NCBI RefSeq assembly: GCF_000219355.1
Contig: NC_015722.1
Location: 1,151,733-1,183,732 of the forward strand
DNA: 32,000 nucleotides
From: Candidatus Midichloria mitochondrii IricVA
Lineage (GTDB): Bacteria > Pseudomonadota > Alphaproteobacteria > Rickettsiales > Midichloriaceae
Direction of reading: 5' to 3'
Under the pieces are notes generated by a model that did not search any database, was not told the DNA's origin, and saw only the letters and a program-made list of their open reading frames with translations. The position numbers were made by a program, and so were the translations under genes. Every line of letters starts with the position of its first letter. Within the stretch, counting starts at the first letter, position 1. Below, in pieces: positions 20,182 through 29,415 of this stretch.

Positions 20182-20873
20182 TTGATAACTCCCACTTCTT
20201 TGTTTTCTAATAAAAAAACTTTGTCAGTTTTTTTAGCTAATTCCATGTTGTGTGTCACAATAATGGTCGCTATATTTTCCTTTCTAACATTTTCTAAGAG
20301 CAAGCTCAAAACTACATTAGCGTTATATCGATCAAGATTACCAGTTGGCTCGTCGGCTAAAATAACTTTAGGCTGGTTTACCATGGCTCGTGCGATCGCA
20401 ACTCTTTGCCTTTCTCCTCCAGAAAGCTGTGAAGGATAATTATTTGCTTTATCTTTTAACCTAAACTTGCCTAATAGTTCCAAAAGTTCTGCCTCTGACT
20501 TCACAAGCTGGCTTTCGCTTGCAACCATATTGGCTATTTTTAAATTTTCGATTGCTGAAAATTCTGGCAACAGATGATGAAATTGATAAATAAACCCAAG
20601 ATGTTTCTTGCGTAGTTCGGTAAGCTCATAATCGCTCGAAGAAGAGCATTCTTTATCTCCAATTAAAACCCGACCAGACGTCGGTAGATCTATGAGGCCC
20701 AATATATGAAGTAAGGTACTTTTGCCAGAGCCAGAATGCCCAACAATAGAGATTATCTCTCCTTCCATAATAGCAAAATTAATATTCTCGAAAACTGTAT
20801 AAGAACTTTGCCCTTGCGGAAAACTCCTACTTACTGCTTGTAACTCTATTAAATTTTTTTGAGAATTTAACAC
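20178..20873 (-). CDS. lolD: ABC transporter ATP-binding protein, LolD-like (lipoprotein release)
   Basis: 231-aa ORF with Walker [10 protein letters not shown], signature [14 protein letters not shown] and Walker B ILADEPT. It overlaps the ruvB start by 4 nt. LolD versus another MacB/FtsE-type ATPase cannot be resolved by eye. Confidence 0.7.
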   Translation of the reverse strand: MLNSQKNLIELQAVSRSFPQGQSSYTVFENINFAIMEGEIISIVGHSGSGKSTLLHILGLIDLPTSGRVLIGDKECSSSSDYELTELRKKHLGFIYQFHHLLPEFSAIENLKIANMVASESQLVKSEAELLELLGKFRLKDKANNYPSQLSGGERQRVAIARAMVNQPKVILADEPTGNLDRYNANVVLSLLLENVRKENIATIIVTHNMELAKKTDKVFLLENKEVGVIK

Positions 20874-20895
20874 TTAAGTATTTATAATTCTCTAT

Positions 20896-21060
20896 CTACA
20901 ATTTCTTTTCTTCAAACAATACGTGTCTACGAGCCACTGGGTCGTACTTCTTGAAATTTAATTTCTTGGCCAATTTTTTAGGGTTTTTCTTTTTCACTAA
21001 AAAGAAACCAGTGCCTGCGCTGCTTGCCAATCTTACTAATACTGTATTTTTCTTCGCCAT
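20896..21060 (-). CDS. rpmG: 50S ribosomal protein L33
   Basis: [54 protein letters not shown], 54 aa. Start placed at ATG 21060, inside ORF-track 20896..21099. Confidence 0.85.
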   Translation of the reverse strand: MAKKNTVLVRLASSAGTGFFLVKKKNPKKLAKKLNFKKYDPVARRHVLFEEKKL

Positions 21061-21224
21061 AAATTTAATAAACGCTTCTATAATAAGGTCATGCAACACT
21101 ATAGTTAGAGTCCCAAAATGTCAAGGACTAAATACCTAACAGTATTCGAAAATCCCGTTGCATCGCTAACAAGATGCACTACAGTCTCAGCACATCAACG
21201 TCTCAATATAGGAAGGTAAAAAAA

Positions 21225-21937
21225 ATGAGTAATATGGTTTTCTTTGGCCGCTAATTTTAATGTTGGAAACAGCCCAGTAGGAGTCGATGTAGGAGACTTC
21301 AACAATGATGGGCAGAGATATATAGCTAGTTACAAATTATAATTCAAATACAGTATCTATACCGTTAGGAAATGGTTCCGGTATATGTTTCAGTCCATTG
21401 CATTTTATACTGTTGGCAATGGCGCTGGTTATATAGAGCAATGGGTGATTTCAATGGAGACGGTAAACGAGATTTAGCTAATACTAATTATAACTCAAAC
21501 TCAGTTTCTGTGTTAATAGGTAATGGGGACGGAACTTTTAAACCTGCTGTTTTTTTATAATTCTTGCCCTTTAACTATAGGAATTGTAGTAGATGATTTT
21601 AATAATGATGGCAGATTGGATATAGGCACTACTAATGTTAATTCTGACACAGTTTCAATCCTAATAGGAAATGGAGATGGAGCCTTTTTCAAGCTGCTAG
21701 TTCCTATAACGTAGGTGACAAACCTTATGGAATAGCAGCAAGTGATTTTAACCAAGATGGTAAGTTAGATATAGTTTACTGCTAATCAAGATTCAACCAC
21801 AGTTTCGGTATTTTTGGGAAATGGTAATGATGGGGAACATTCCCAGCCTAATGTTTCCCATAACGTTGGTGCTAGAGCCACAGGGATTGCAATTGGCAAT
21901 TTCAACCATGATGGTAAAGTCATATATAGTAAATACT
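21225..21937 (+). pseudogene. FG-GAP/VCBS-repeat protein, multiply frameshifted, 3' end replaced by IS copy D
   Basis: Repeated units VGDFNNDG, MGDFNGDGKRDLANTNYNSNSVSVLIGNGDGTFKPAV, VVDDFNNDGRLDIGTTNVNSDTVSILIGNGDGAF, ASDFNQDGKLDIV and IGNFNHDGK occur in changing frames with stops. Confidence 0.65.
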
Positions 21938-22642
21938 AGAGTCTAGGGTGATGCTTTCCGAAGTTATAACGATCCTCGTTTTGTTTCATTTGAGGGCATT
22001 ACCGGATTCAAAGATTTTTACCTAAACTGTGTTCAAATCTCTCTCAGAGAGGAATTGCCAAAGCTTGTCAGCTACAATCGCTTTGTTGAGCTGATGCGAG
22101 ACGCGGTCATCCCGTTGGTCATTCTGCTGAATTGCTGCAAAGGGAAACAAACAGGTACCTTGACTCAACAAAAGCTGGAAGGTTTATCATAACTTATGTA
22201 TTAGCCGTAATAAGGTCCTTAAAGGCATCGCTCAGCGTGGGAAAACGTCGACCCGGATGGTTCTTTGGCCTCAATGATCAAGGAGAGATTATGTCATTCA
22301 CACTGACTTCTGGTAATACAGATGATCGAGCCGTTGTCGAAAAAACTGACTCAATATTTGACAGGCCTTCTATTCGGAGATCGGTGGTATATAAGCAAAA
22401 ACACTGAGCAATCAAGGTATTGAGCTCATCACACGGCTTAAGAAAAACAAAACCCGCTTGCGGCTTTTAAACAACTGCTTCTTGCAGGGCGTGGATTGAT
22501 TGAAACAGCCATCGGAGAATTGAAAGAGATTTGCCAAATCCAGCACCACGGGCATCGCTCGCCAAACAATTTCTTGGCAGTCCTCTTTCTCAGGGCTCTT
22601 GGCTTATGTCTCCAAACCCAAATATATCTCATTGGAAAAATC
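21938..22642 (+). mobile_element. IS982-family element, copy D (truncated at both ends: lacks ~209 bp of the left end and ~40 bp of the right end)
   Basis: Homology to copy C starts at GAGTCT.GG.TGATGCTTTCCGAAG (equivalent to 17090 in C) and fades after ...CATTGGAAAAAT near 22642. Confidence 0.75.
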
Positions 22643-22680
22643 TAGACCTTGCTCTTAGCGGAATGGTAGCTCTTTTAAAG

Positions 22681-23124
22681 CTAAAGTTTACCTACTCTTG
22701 CTATGTGCCTTCCACCTTCAAACCTTGTTGAGAGGAAGGTAACGGTTATTTCCAAGGCTTCTCCTAGAGTTACAAACTTGCTTCCTAAGACTAATACATT
22801 GGCATCATTGTGCTGCCTAGCAAGCTTTGCCATTTCATTTGAGCAGCAAAGTGCGGCCCTTGTATTAGAGTATCTGTTAGCAGCGATGCTCATTCCAATG
22901 CCGCTACCACATATTAGTATGCCAAAGTTAGAGGGCAAGGTGCTCATTTTTCTGCATAAATCTTTTGCGAGATCTGGATAATCAACGGGCTCATCAGAAT
23001 AACTACCCATATCTTCGATTTTGAAACCCTTTGTAGTAAACTTTGTTAGCAAGTACTTTTTTAAATTAAAACCTGCATGATCGCTGGCTATCAATAAGTT
23101 ATTTGTCAAACAACTCGTATTCAT
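22681..23124 (-). CDS. rpiB: Ribose-5-phosphate isomerase B
   Basis: LLIASDHAGFNLKKYL, GILICGSGIGMSIAANR, RHNDANVLVLG and GGRHIARV fit the RpiB/LacAB family. Start placed at the MNTSCL ATG (23124); the ORF track extends to 23160. Confidence 0.88.
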   Translation of the reverse strand: MNTSCLTNNLLIASDHAGFNLKKYLLTKFTTKGFKIEDMGSYSDEPVDYPDLAKDLCRKMSTLPSNFGILICGSGIGMSIAANRYSNTRAALCCSNEMAKLARQHNDANVLVLGSKFVTLGEALEITVTFLSTRFEGGRHIARVGKL

Positions 23125-23647
23125 ATACTCCCCATAAATTAATCTTTTTAATCCACCCACGCTTTTTTTCTAATTCAATTTGGCACCAGTGTTCTAAGCA
23201 TTTCTTAATCTTTGCGACAACGCCAATTTCTGCCATAAGTATCGGGTGGGATATTTCATCTGGCAACCTAAAAATTATTGCTTGGTTTTTTAAGGTCTGG
23301 AATTTTAGCTCTTTCTCGGTCAATTTATTATCTTTTATTAAAACATATCTTGAACCGCTTAACAGACTTTGGTGTACCCAACCTTGACTGCCTTCGTTAT
23401 CTTTAACTAGGCGCCAATGCTCAAACTCAGCAATAACCTCAAGAGGATAACTTTTAAATTTATAAATAAATTTAATCGGATAACTATTGCCAGGGCCACT
23501 TCTTAAATTTATCTCATCCGATTTAATCGAAACAAATCTTGGAATAGGCAGCTCACTCTTGCCTTGGGCTGCTATGTTTAGCTGAAAGATAATATTTATA
23601 GCAATAAATATTACTTCAAATGTAGTTTTACTGCGTGGTATCCGCAT
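23099..23647 (-). CDS. Bacterial SH3-domain protein (COG3807/DUF1058-like), secreted
   Basis: 182-aa ORF with a hydrophobic N-terminus, then PRFVSIKSDEINLRSGPGNSYPIKFIY...PLEVIAEFEHWRLVKDNEGSQGWVHQSLLS, and a second SH3-like half. Confidence 0.6.
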   Translation of the reverse strand: MRIPRSKTTFEVIFIAINIIFQLNIAAQGKSELPIPRFVSIKSDEINLRSGPGNSYPIKFIYKFKSYPLEVIAEFEHWRLVKDNEGSQGWVHQSLLSGSRYVLIKDNKLTEKELKFQTLKNQAIIFRLPDEISHPILMAEIGVVAKIKKCLEHWCQIELEKKRGWIKKINLWGVYEYELFDK

Positions 23648-26072
23648 TCAGATCTTAAAGCCTCTTCAGGTAATTCGTTAACTAATTTTATTTGCTTAGC
23701 ATTAGCTGCATTTTGAAAATCAGTCAGCAAATCAATATCAGATGAATTGGTTACTATTTCAATTAGCTCAACTTCTTTGGCAATTGAAATATTTAATAAA
23801 GATTTTGATTTTCTGACTAAGTCTAGCAGCGCAACAGCAGTATTGCCTATTAAAAGATGATCATCATTTATAGTAAATTCATCAAATTTAGGCCAGCTGC
23901 CTTGTTGGTGAATCGAAATTAACTCCTGAGAAAATAGGGTTTGATAAATTTCTTCGGTTAAATGCGGCATAAAGGGCGCAAACAGTTTGAGTATTGCGGC
24001 TAGTGAATGTTTAATAGTAACCACTCCACTTTGCTGTTCAGAAATTTTGTCATCGTCATATAACCTGTGCTTTGCAAGCTCTATATAGTTATCACAATAA
24101 TCTTTCCAAAAGAATTCTTCTATAATATTCTTAGCTTCCCAATATTCAAAGTTTTCAAAATGTTCAGTAGCTAGTTTTATAACTTTTTTTAATTTAGCTA
24201 AAATCCAAAAATCGATAGATTGATTAATAGTTCTAGTTTCAATTAAATTTTTTATTGAAATAGGTAATTCTATAAGCTTTGGTAAGTGTATCGAACAAAA
24301 TTTAGCTACATTCCATATTTTATTAATCAATCGTTGGCCTAGCTTAAAAGCCTCTTCAGAATATATAATATCTGCCCCCAATTTTGAATTTGCCGCCCAG
24401 TATCTCACAGTATCAGCACTTTTTTTCTTCTATTAATTTTTGTGGAGTGATCACATTTCCTTTCGATTTACTCATCTTACTCTTATCGGCGGCCAGGCAC
24501 CATCCACTGATCATAATATTATGCCAAGGAATAGTATTTTGATGATAAAGGGATTTAATTATAGTCGTAAAAGCCCATGTTCTTATAATCTCATGCGCTT
24601 GCGGTCTCAGATCCGCAGGAAATAATTTTCCGTGTCTATCATAATCAATAGCCATTCCATTATTAATTCCCCAACTTGAGAGCTGTGGAGTTAATGAACT
24701 AGTGGCCCATGTATCCATCACATCTAGTTCTGGTATAACCTCGTCTGCTCTATAACCGCATGGCAGATCTTTGGAAGGGTCAATGGGCAATTGACCAATA
24801 TCAGCCAACAAAATTTTACCTTCTTCACCAGCTCTTTTTGAGTACCAAATTGGGAATGGGACTCCAAAGTAACGCTGTCTTGAAATGCACCAGTCTTGGT
24901 TTAAACCTTTAATCCAATTTTCTAGCCGTAGCTTCATATATTCCGGATGCCACTTACATTTGTTTGCTTGATCTAATAGCACCTCTTTTTTGTTAGTAAT
25001 GGAAATATACCATTGATATGTTGGAATAATTTCTAGAGGTGCTCCCGACCTCTCTGCGCATTTAACTGCCCTTGAGACTTCTTTTTGGCTTGATACTAAT
25101 CGCATTTCTTTTAGTAGCCCTAAGATTTTCTCGCGTGCGATTTTAACTTTTAAACCATCAAGTATTCCAGCGTTTTGCATTTGGCCAAACTTGTTGATGC
25201 ACTCTTTTAGGGGCAGATTGTGTTTTTTTCCACCAGCGTATATCTTGTATATCCCCGAAAGTACAACACATCACAAGTCCAGTGCCCTTGTCTTGCTCAA
25301 CATCTTCATCGCTAATAATAGGTACTTTATGTCCAAAAATCGGTACAATAGCTTGTTTGTTTTTTAGGTTTTGGTATCTTGGATCGTCAGGATGGTAAAA
25401 GACAGCTGCGCATGCTGGCAATAGTTCTGGCCTTGCCGTTGCAATTGCTAATTTATAACTATCTGTGGTCTGAAATTGTATTCCTGACATTATACCCGTT
25501 TGCTCTTTATCTTCAATTTCGGCCTGAGCAATTGCAGTTTGATCAGCAGGATCCCAAAAAGTTGGGGCATGCTTTCTGTAAAGCAAATTTTTGCGGTATA
25601 GATCAAGAAAAGACATTTGAGATAGTTTGCGGGTTTGCTCACTGATTGTTTGATATTCTTGGCTCCAGTCAAAACTAAACGCCGTTGATTTAAAAAGGGC
25701 TCTAAATTCTTCCTCATATTTTTTAACGACTTCTTGACAGATTTTATTAAAGTCAGCTCTATCTATTTTGGCAGCTCTTAGGTTATGTTCTTTTTCTACT
25801 AAGCGTTCGGTGGGGAGTCCATTGTCATCAAATCCAATTGGATAAAATACATTTTTTCCTCTCATCCTTTGAAATCTAGCTATAAAATCTGCTTGGGTAT
25901 AACTATATATATGGCCTATATGTAAGAAGCCCGACACAGTAGGAGGTGGGGTATCTATTATAAAAGTATTTTTTCGATCTATATTTGGATTCCAACTATA
26001 TATGGAATTACTATACCAATAATCTTGCCACTTTTTTTCTACCGTCTTGTGATTGTAGCGCTCTTCGAACAT
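23611..26072 (-). pseudogene. valS: Valyl-tRNA synthetase (archaeal/rickettsial type), split into three ORFs by two +1 frameshifts in A7 runs
   Basis: ORFs 25158..26093, 24413..25180 and 23611..24408 are colinear. Motifs: [16 protein letters not shown] (HIGH), [18 protein letters not shown] (KMSKS) and an anticodon-binding C-terminus. The joins are at T7 (+ strand) 25223-25229 and 24420-24426. Deleting one base at each restores ...[23 protein letters not shown]... and ...[17 protein letters not shown]... Confidence 0.9.
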
Positions 26073-26144
26073 GAACCGTAACCCGAAATTCAATTGGTTG
26101 CAAATATCTTATTTTTTAGCGGCCGCGTCAATTATATTTTTAAA

Positions 26145-26771
26145 TAACCTCAGTTCGACGTAAGGAGTAGGCCCGTGAGCCTATTTTTCCATGAGATATA
26201 CCGGGTTTGAAGACATAAGCCAAGAGCCCTGAGAAGATGTCTGCCAAGAAATTGTTTGGCGAGCGATGCCTTTAAAGACCTTATTACGGCTAATTACGTA
26301 AGTTATGACAAAACCCCTCTTCCAGCTTTTGTTGAGTCAACGTACCTGTTTATTTCCCTTTGCAGCAATTCAGCAGAATGACCAACGGGATGACCGCGTC
26401 TCGCATCCAGCTCAACAAAGCGATTGTAGCTGATAAGCTTCGGCAATCCCTCTCTGAGAGAGATTTGAACACAGTTTAGGTAAAAATCTTTGAATCCGGT
26501 AATGCCCTCAAATGAAACAAAACGAGGATCGTTATAACTTCGGAAAGCATCATCCCAGACTCTCGTTCCCTTTGTCTCTGCGAGTTTCTTAAGGATCTTT
26601 GGTACGTGAGTTGTCGCTTGCAAAAATCATCAATCAAACAAAATATTTCTACTAGGGAAACCACTTTCCTTATTTATCGTGAAATTGAGAAAAACCTAAT
26701 GGTTACACAGCTTCTTTAAAACCATATCAGATAATTTCTTTAAAACTTACCTCAAAACTTTTCTGGGGTTA
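26145..26771 (-). mobile_element. IS982-family element, copy E: internal-deletion derivative (~627 bp) keeping both ends
   Basis: Ends are TAACCTCAG (26145) and CTGGGGTTA (26771). About 310 bp are missing, with the junction inside the 10-bp sequence GAGCGATGCC (26261-26270), which occurs twice in full-length copies. Confidence 0.8.
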
Positions 26772-27150
26772 TTATAATAGGTGGTTCTAATGCAAGTCCA
26801 GGGAGTAAAACGAATGCTGATCAAGCATACGTAGTTTTTGGTAACACTTCGGTTACGGGCTCTATAGAGCTATCTAGTTTAAATGGTTACAATGCTTCAC
26901 TATTAATGGTATTGCATCTTCTGATAATGCAGGATATTCGGTTGCATCAGCAGGGGACATCAATAACGATGGATTTGATGATATTTATTATCGGAGTACC
27001 TTATGCAGATCCAGGCAGCAGAACTGGTGCGGGACAAGGCATATATAATTTTCGGTAAATCCACATTCCCAAGCTCTTTAGATCTATCAGTATTGGATGG
27101 TACTAACGGTTTTGTAATTTAACGGAATTAAAGATGGTGATTATGCAGCT
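26772..27150 (+). pseudogene. FG-GAP (integrin-alpha type) repeat protein fragment, frameshifted; bounded by IS copy E and an IS1-like remnant
   Basis: Reads IIGGSNASPGSKTNADQAYVVFGNTS...LSSLNGYN, then AGDINNDGFDDI.IIGVPYADPGSRTGAGQ..YIIFG and LDGTNGFVINGIKDGDYA in shifting frames. Confidence 0.55.
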
Positions 27151-27700
27151 GTAATCATCTTGTACATGCTCAATTTTATAACGTTCTTCAAAGCCTAAAT
27201 GACAGGTTCAGGTAGTTGCCTTACTCCCGTCACCTACCCTTCAAAATCAATAATTTCACCCGCTCCTCTATCAACTGCAATCAATATAAAGGTGTACTCC
27301 CCCCTTCCATTCTTTGGTCTTTTTTTTTATATATGTGCACAGCTCCTCAATCTCTAGGACCTCGATATCCTTAAGTGACTTTGTGCTGTTGCAGCTCTTA
27401 TCTAACTTTTCTTGCACATAGCGCCCCCCGTCCTTCGATCCATGAAGATATTTGGCTGTTATGGATTCCAGTCAGTCTCTCTATCGTCCTAATCCCACAG
27501 TCCTCAAGATTAGGTTTTAAGTCTATCATTCATAGTGTATTTCTGTCGCTTATTACCTTCTCGGTAATTTCTTTTTGCAATTCTTGCACCTATTTACCTC
27601 TTGCTGTCCCTATACCACGCCATTCTTCACCTGCTCGCTAGAGCCGCAATATTTACACTTGATTGTCCATTTCTACTCCACCTATTCTACTATGAAGATA
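27151..27700 (-). mobile_element. IS1-family-like transposase remnant (Zn-ribbon/HTH plus DDE N-terminal part), frameshifted and 3'-truncated
   Basis: Minus-strand fragments: KCKYCGSSEQVKNG...CKNCKKK (InsA-like zinc ribbon), LEDCGIRTIERLTGIHNSQISSWI (HTH), LEIEELCTYIKKK...W...IAVDRGAGEIIDFE.GDRS and KIEHVQDDY. The subfamily call is from memory only. Confidence 0.5.
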
Positions 27701-27989
27701 TCATACCATCTTGTTGCCGTCTATAATTACCAGGCATTTGCCGCCTATGCTATTCTAAAGCTTCTATGTGAAGAAGTAGTTGAGGCCCGCTTGTGTGTTG
27801 TTTTTTTCGGGGGGGGTTTTTTTGACTGCGCAGCCGTGGGGGCGGGCGGTGGGGCCCCCAGGCCAATTTTATCCACCACAAGCCGAAAGAGGAGCCCTTC
27901 ATTCTAGTAGAAGGTATAGCTTCTTCAATATGAAGCGATAGTGTATTAAGAGTAAAGGAGAAAAACAGTTATGCAGTTAGAAAAATATT

Positions 27990-28796
27990 GGTTAAAAGGA
28001 GAAGATTTTTTTAAGATAGCAAAGATTAAATGCAGCAATTTACGCACCACAGCCTACAATAACCATTTTTCCTACCATTCCACTACCTCTTACACTCTTA
28101 CCAGAGAAGGTTGTAGTTGGATTTAAACCAACAAAGGCACTTAGCTGTTTAGCATACCTAAAATTTTCCTAATTTGGTAACCCAGCTAAAACTACTATAG
28201 CAGTATCTAGCAGGTATAGTTATCAATAAATTAAGCCCTGCACCTAAAACAGAATCTGACTTTATCGGTTCAATAATCACTGCCTTTAATTCTGTGATTT
28301 TTTCAGCCAAATAGTCAAGTTGTTTTTTATATATGTTTATAACCTCTAAACTGTTTTTATTCTGCTTTTTAATTTACATCTTCTTTTATATTAAGCAAAC
28401 AACGAGCCAAACTACGTATTTTTTCCAGGTTAATATCTAACGGTTCAAAGAGTGGCAAGTTAGGATGAGCTATAGCAAATTTAGCGATTACCATAGCATC
28501 TATTTTATCAGTTTTTAGCTCTCACTAATCTGCTTTTAGCATAATATTTAATTTGTGCTGGATTTAGTATGGAAACTTTATGTCCATGATTATGCAAAAA
28601 TTGTGCTAAAGATTTGCCATCATTTCCAGTTGCTTCCATAACAAACCAATAAGAGCTGACTACTGGTAGAAACAATAACTTCTAAAAAGCCTTCCTGACA
28701 GTTCTTAAATTGTAAGTTAGTAGTTTTGTTCTGGCTAACAATTGCTACATCAAATTTATATTTTGCAGTATCTATGCCAATTATGATATTCTCCAT
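27990..28796 (-). mobile_element. IS110-family transposase/recombinase pseudogene (multiple frameshifts and stops, C-terminus truncated)
   Basis: ATG at 28796 gives MENIIIGIDTAKYKFDVAIV...FKNCQEGF. Shifted frames then give MEATGNDGKSLAQFLHNHGHKVSILNPAQIKYYAKSRLVRAKTDKIDAMVIAKFA, later LITIP... and AKQLSAFVGLNPTTTFSGKSVRGSG. This is the IS110 DEDD N-domain plus C-domain pattern. Confidence 0.75.
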
Positions 28797-29110
28797 AAGA
28801 CCTCTTACAGATTTAGGTAGGTTGATCTTTGGTCGGAGCTAAACTTGTAAATGCAGGATATATTTGATGTATTCCTAAGGTGGTGTGCAGATTCTGGGCC
28901 TGTGAGGAAGGAGGTTTTCTAGCCCACCCTTCCTGCACTTATGCTATTAGCTTTACAGTATGAATGATATCTACAATATACAAGTTGCTATGTAGAATTG
29001 GGTGTTTAATTTTCCTTCGAGATAGCGTGGATAGCTGAAACGAGTTTGCAACAGGAAAGAAAATAATTGCCTGCTTTCCTTCTGCTCCTTTACCAGAGAT
29101 GGTAAAGGCT
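28797..29110 (-). ncRNA. Candidate relic IS110 5' non-coding (bridge-RNA-like) structured region
   Basis: Sits immediately upstream of the IS110 start codon. Potential stems: GTGC(28885-88)/GCAC(28935-38) enclosing AGGAAGG(28905-11)/CCTTCCT(28928-34); AGGAAAG(29053-59)/CTTTCCT(29074-80); perfect 8-bp CCTTTACC(29087-94)/GGTAAAGG(29101-08). Locally GC-richer than its surroundings. No homology model was applied. Confidence 0.2.
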
Positions 29111-29415
29111 TCGCTTGCGAAAAGGGGGAATAAAAAAGTAAAAGAGCCCTTTCAGTGTAGATCATCTCAAGTAAATTCAGCGGCATTTAGGCTCAAGAAT
29201 GATGGAACGGAACTCTATAAACAGTGGCTGTAGATGAGCTACAAATAACGCCGCACGAGATGCTAATCAATTACTTTAGCAGTAGCTTTTCAACTCTTCA
29301 TTTATATTATATATTTATCCATTTCAATACTTCTGCCTTTCATTCCTTTATAAGCTTGCCTGCAAGGTATCCTATGGTACAAATGGAACCGTCGTAACAG
29401 AAACCTTTTCTTAAA

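Noticed and set aside
21938-26771. A simple inversion of the rpiB-valS block by recombination between inverted copies D and E.
   Set aside because: The enclosed genes are on the same (minus) strand as the flanking ruvB-lolD-rpmG genes, and copy D is truncated at both ends. There is no positive evidence for an inversion. Only the weaker FG-GAP bracket observation is kept as a finding.
27375-27907. Plus-strand ORFs 27375..27641 and 27575..27907 as possible novel small proteins.
   Set aside because: They lie antisense to the IS1-like remnant and run through the GC-rich homopolymer patch. The opposite strand carries the recognisable, though broken, transposase motifs.
28971-29186. The 71-aa ORF on the minus strand upstream of the IS110 pseudogene, as a small accessory protein.
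   Set aside because: It has no recognisable motifs and overlaps the hairpin-rich non-coding leader. It is more plausibly non-coding.
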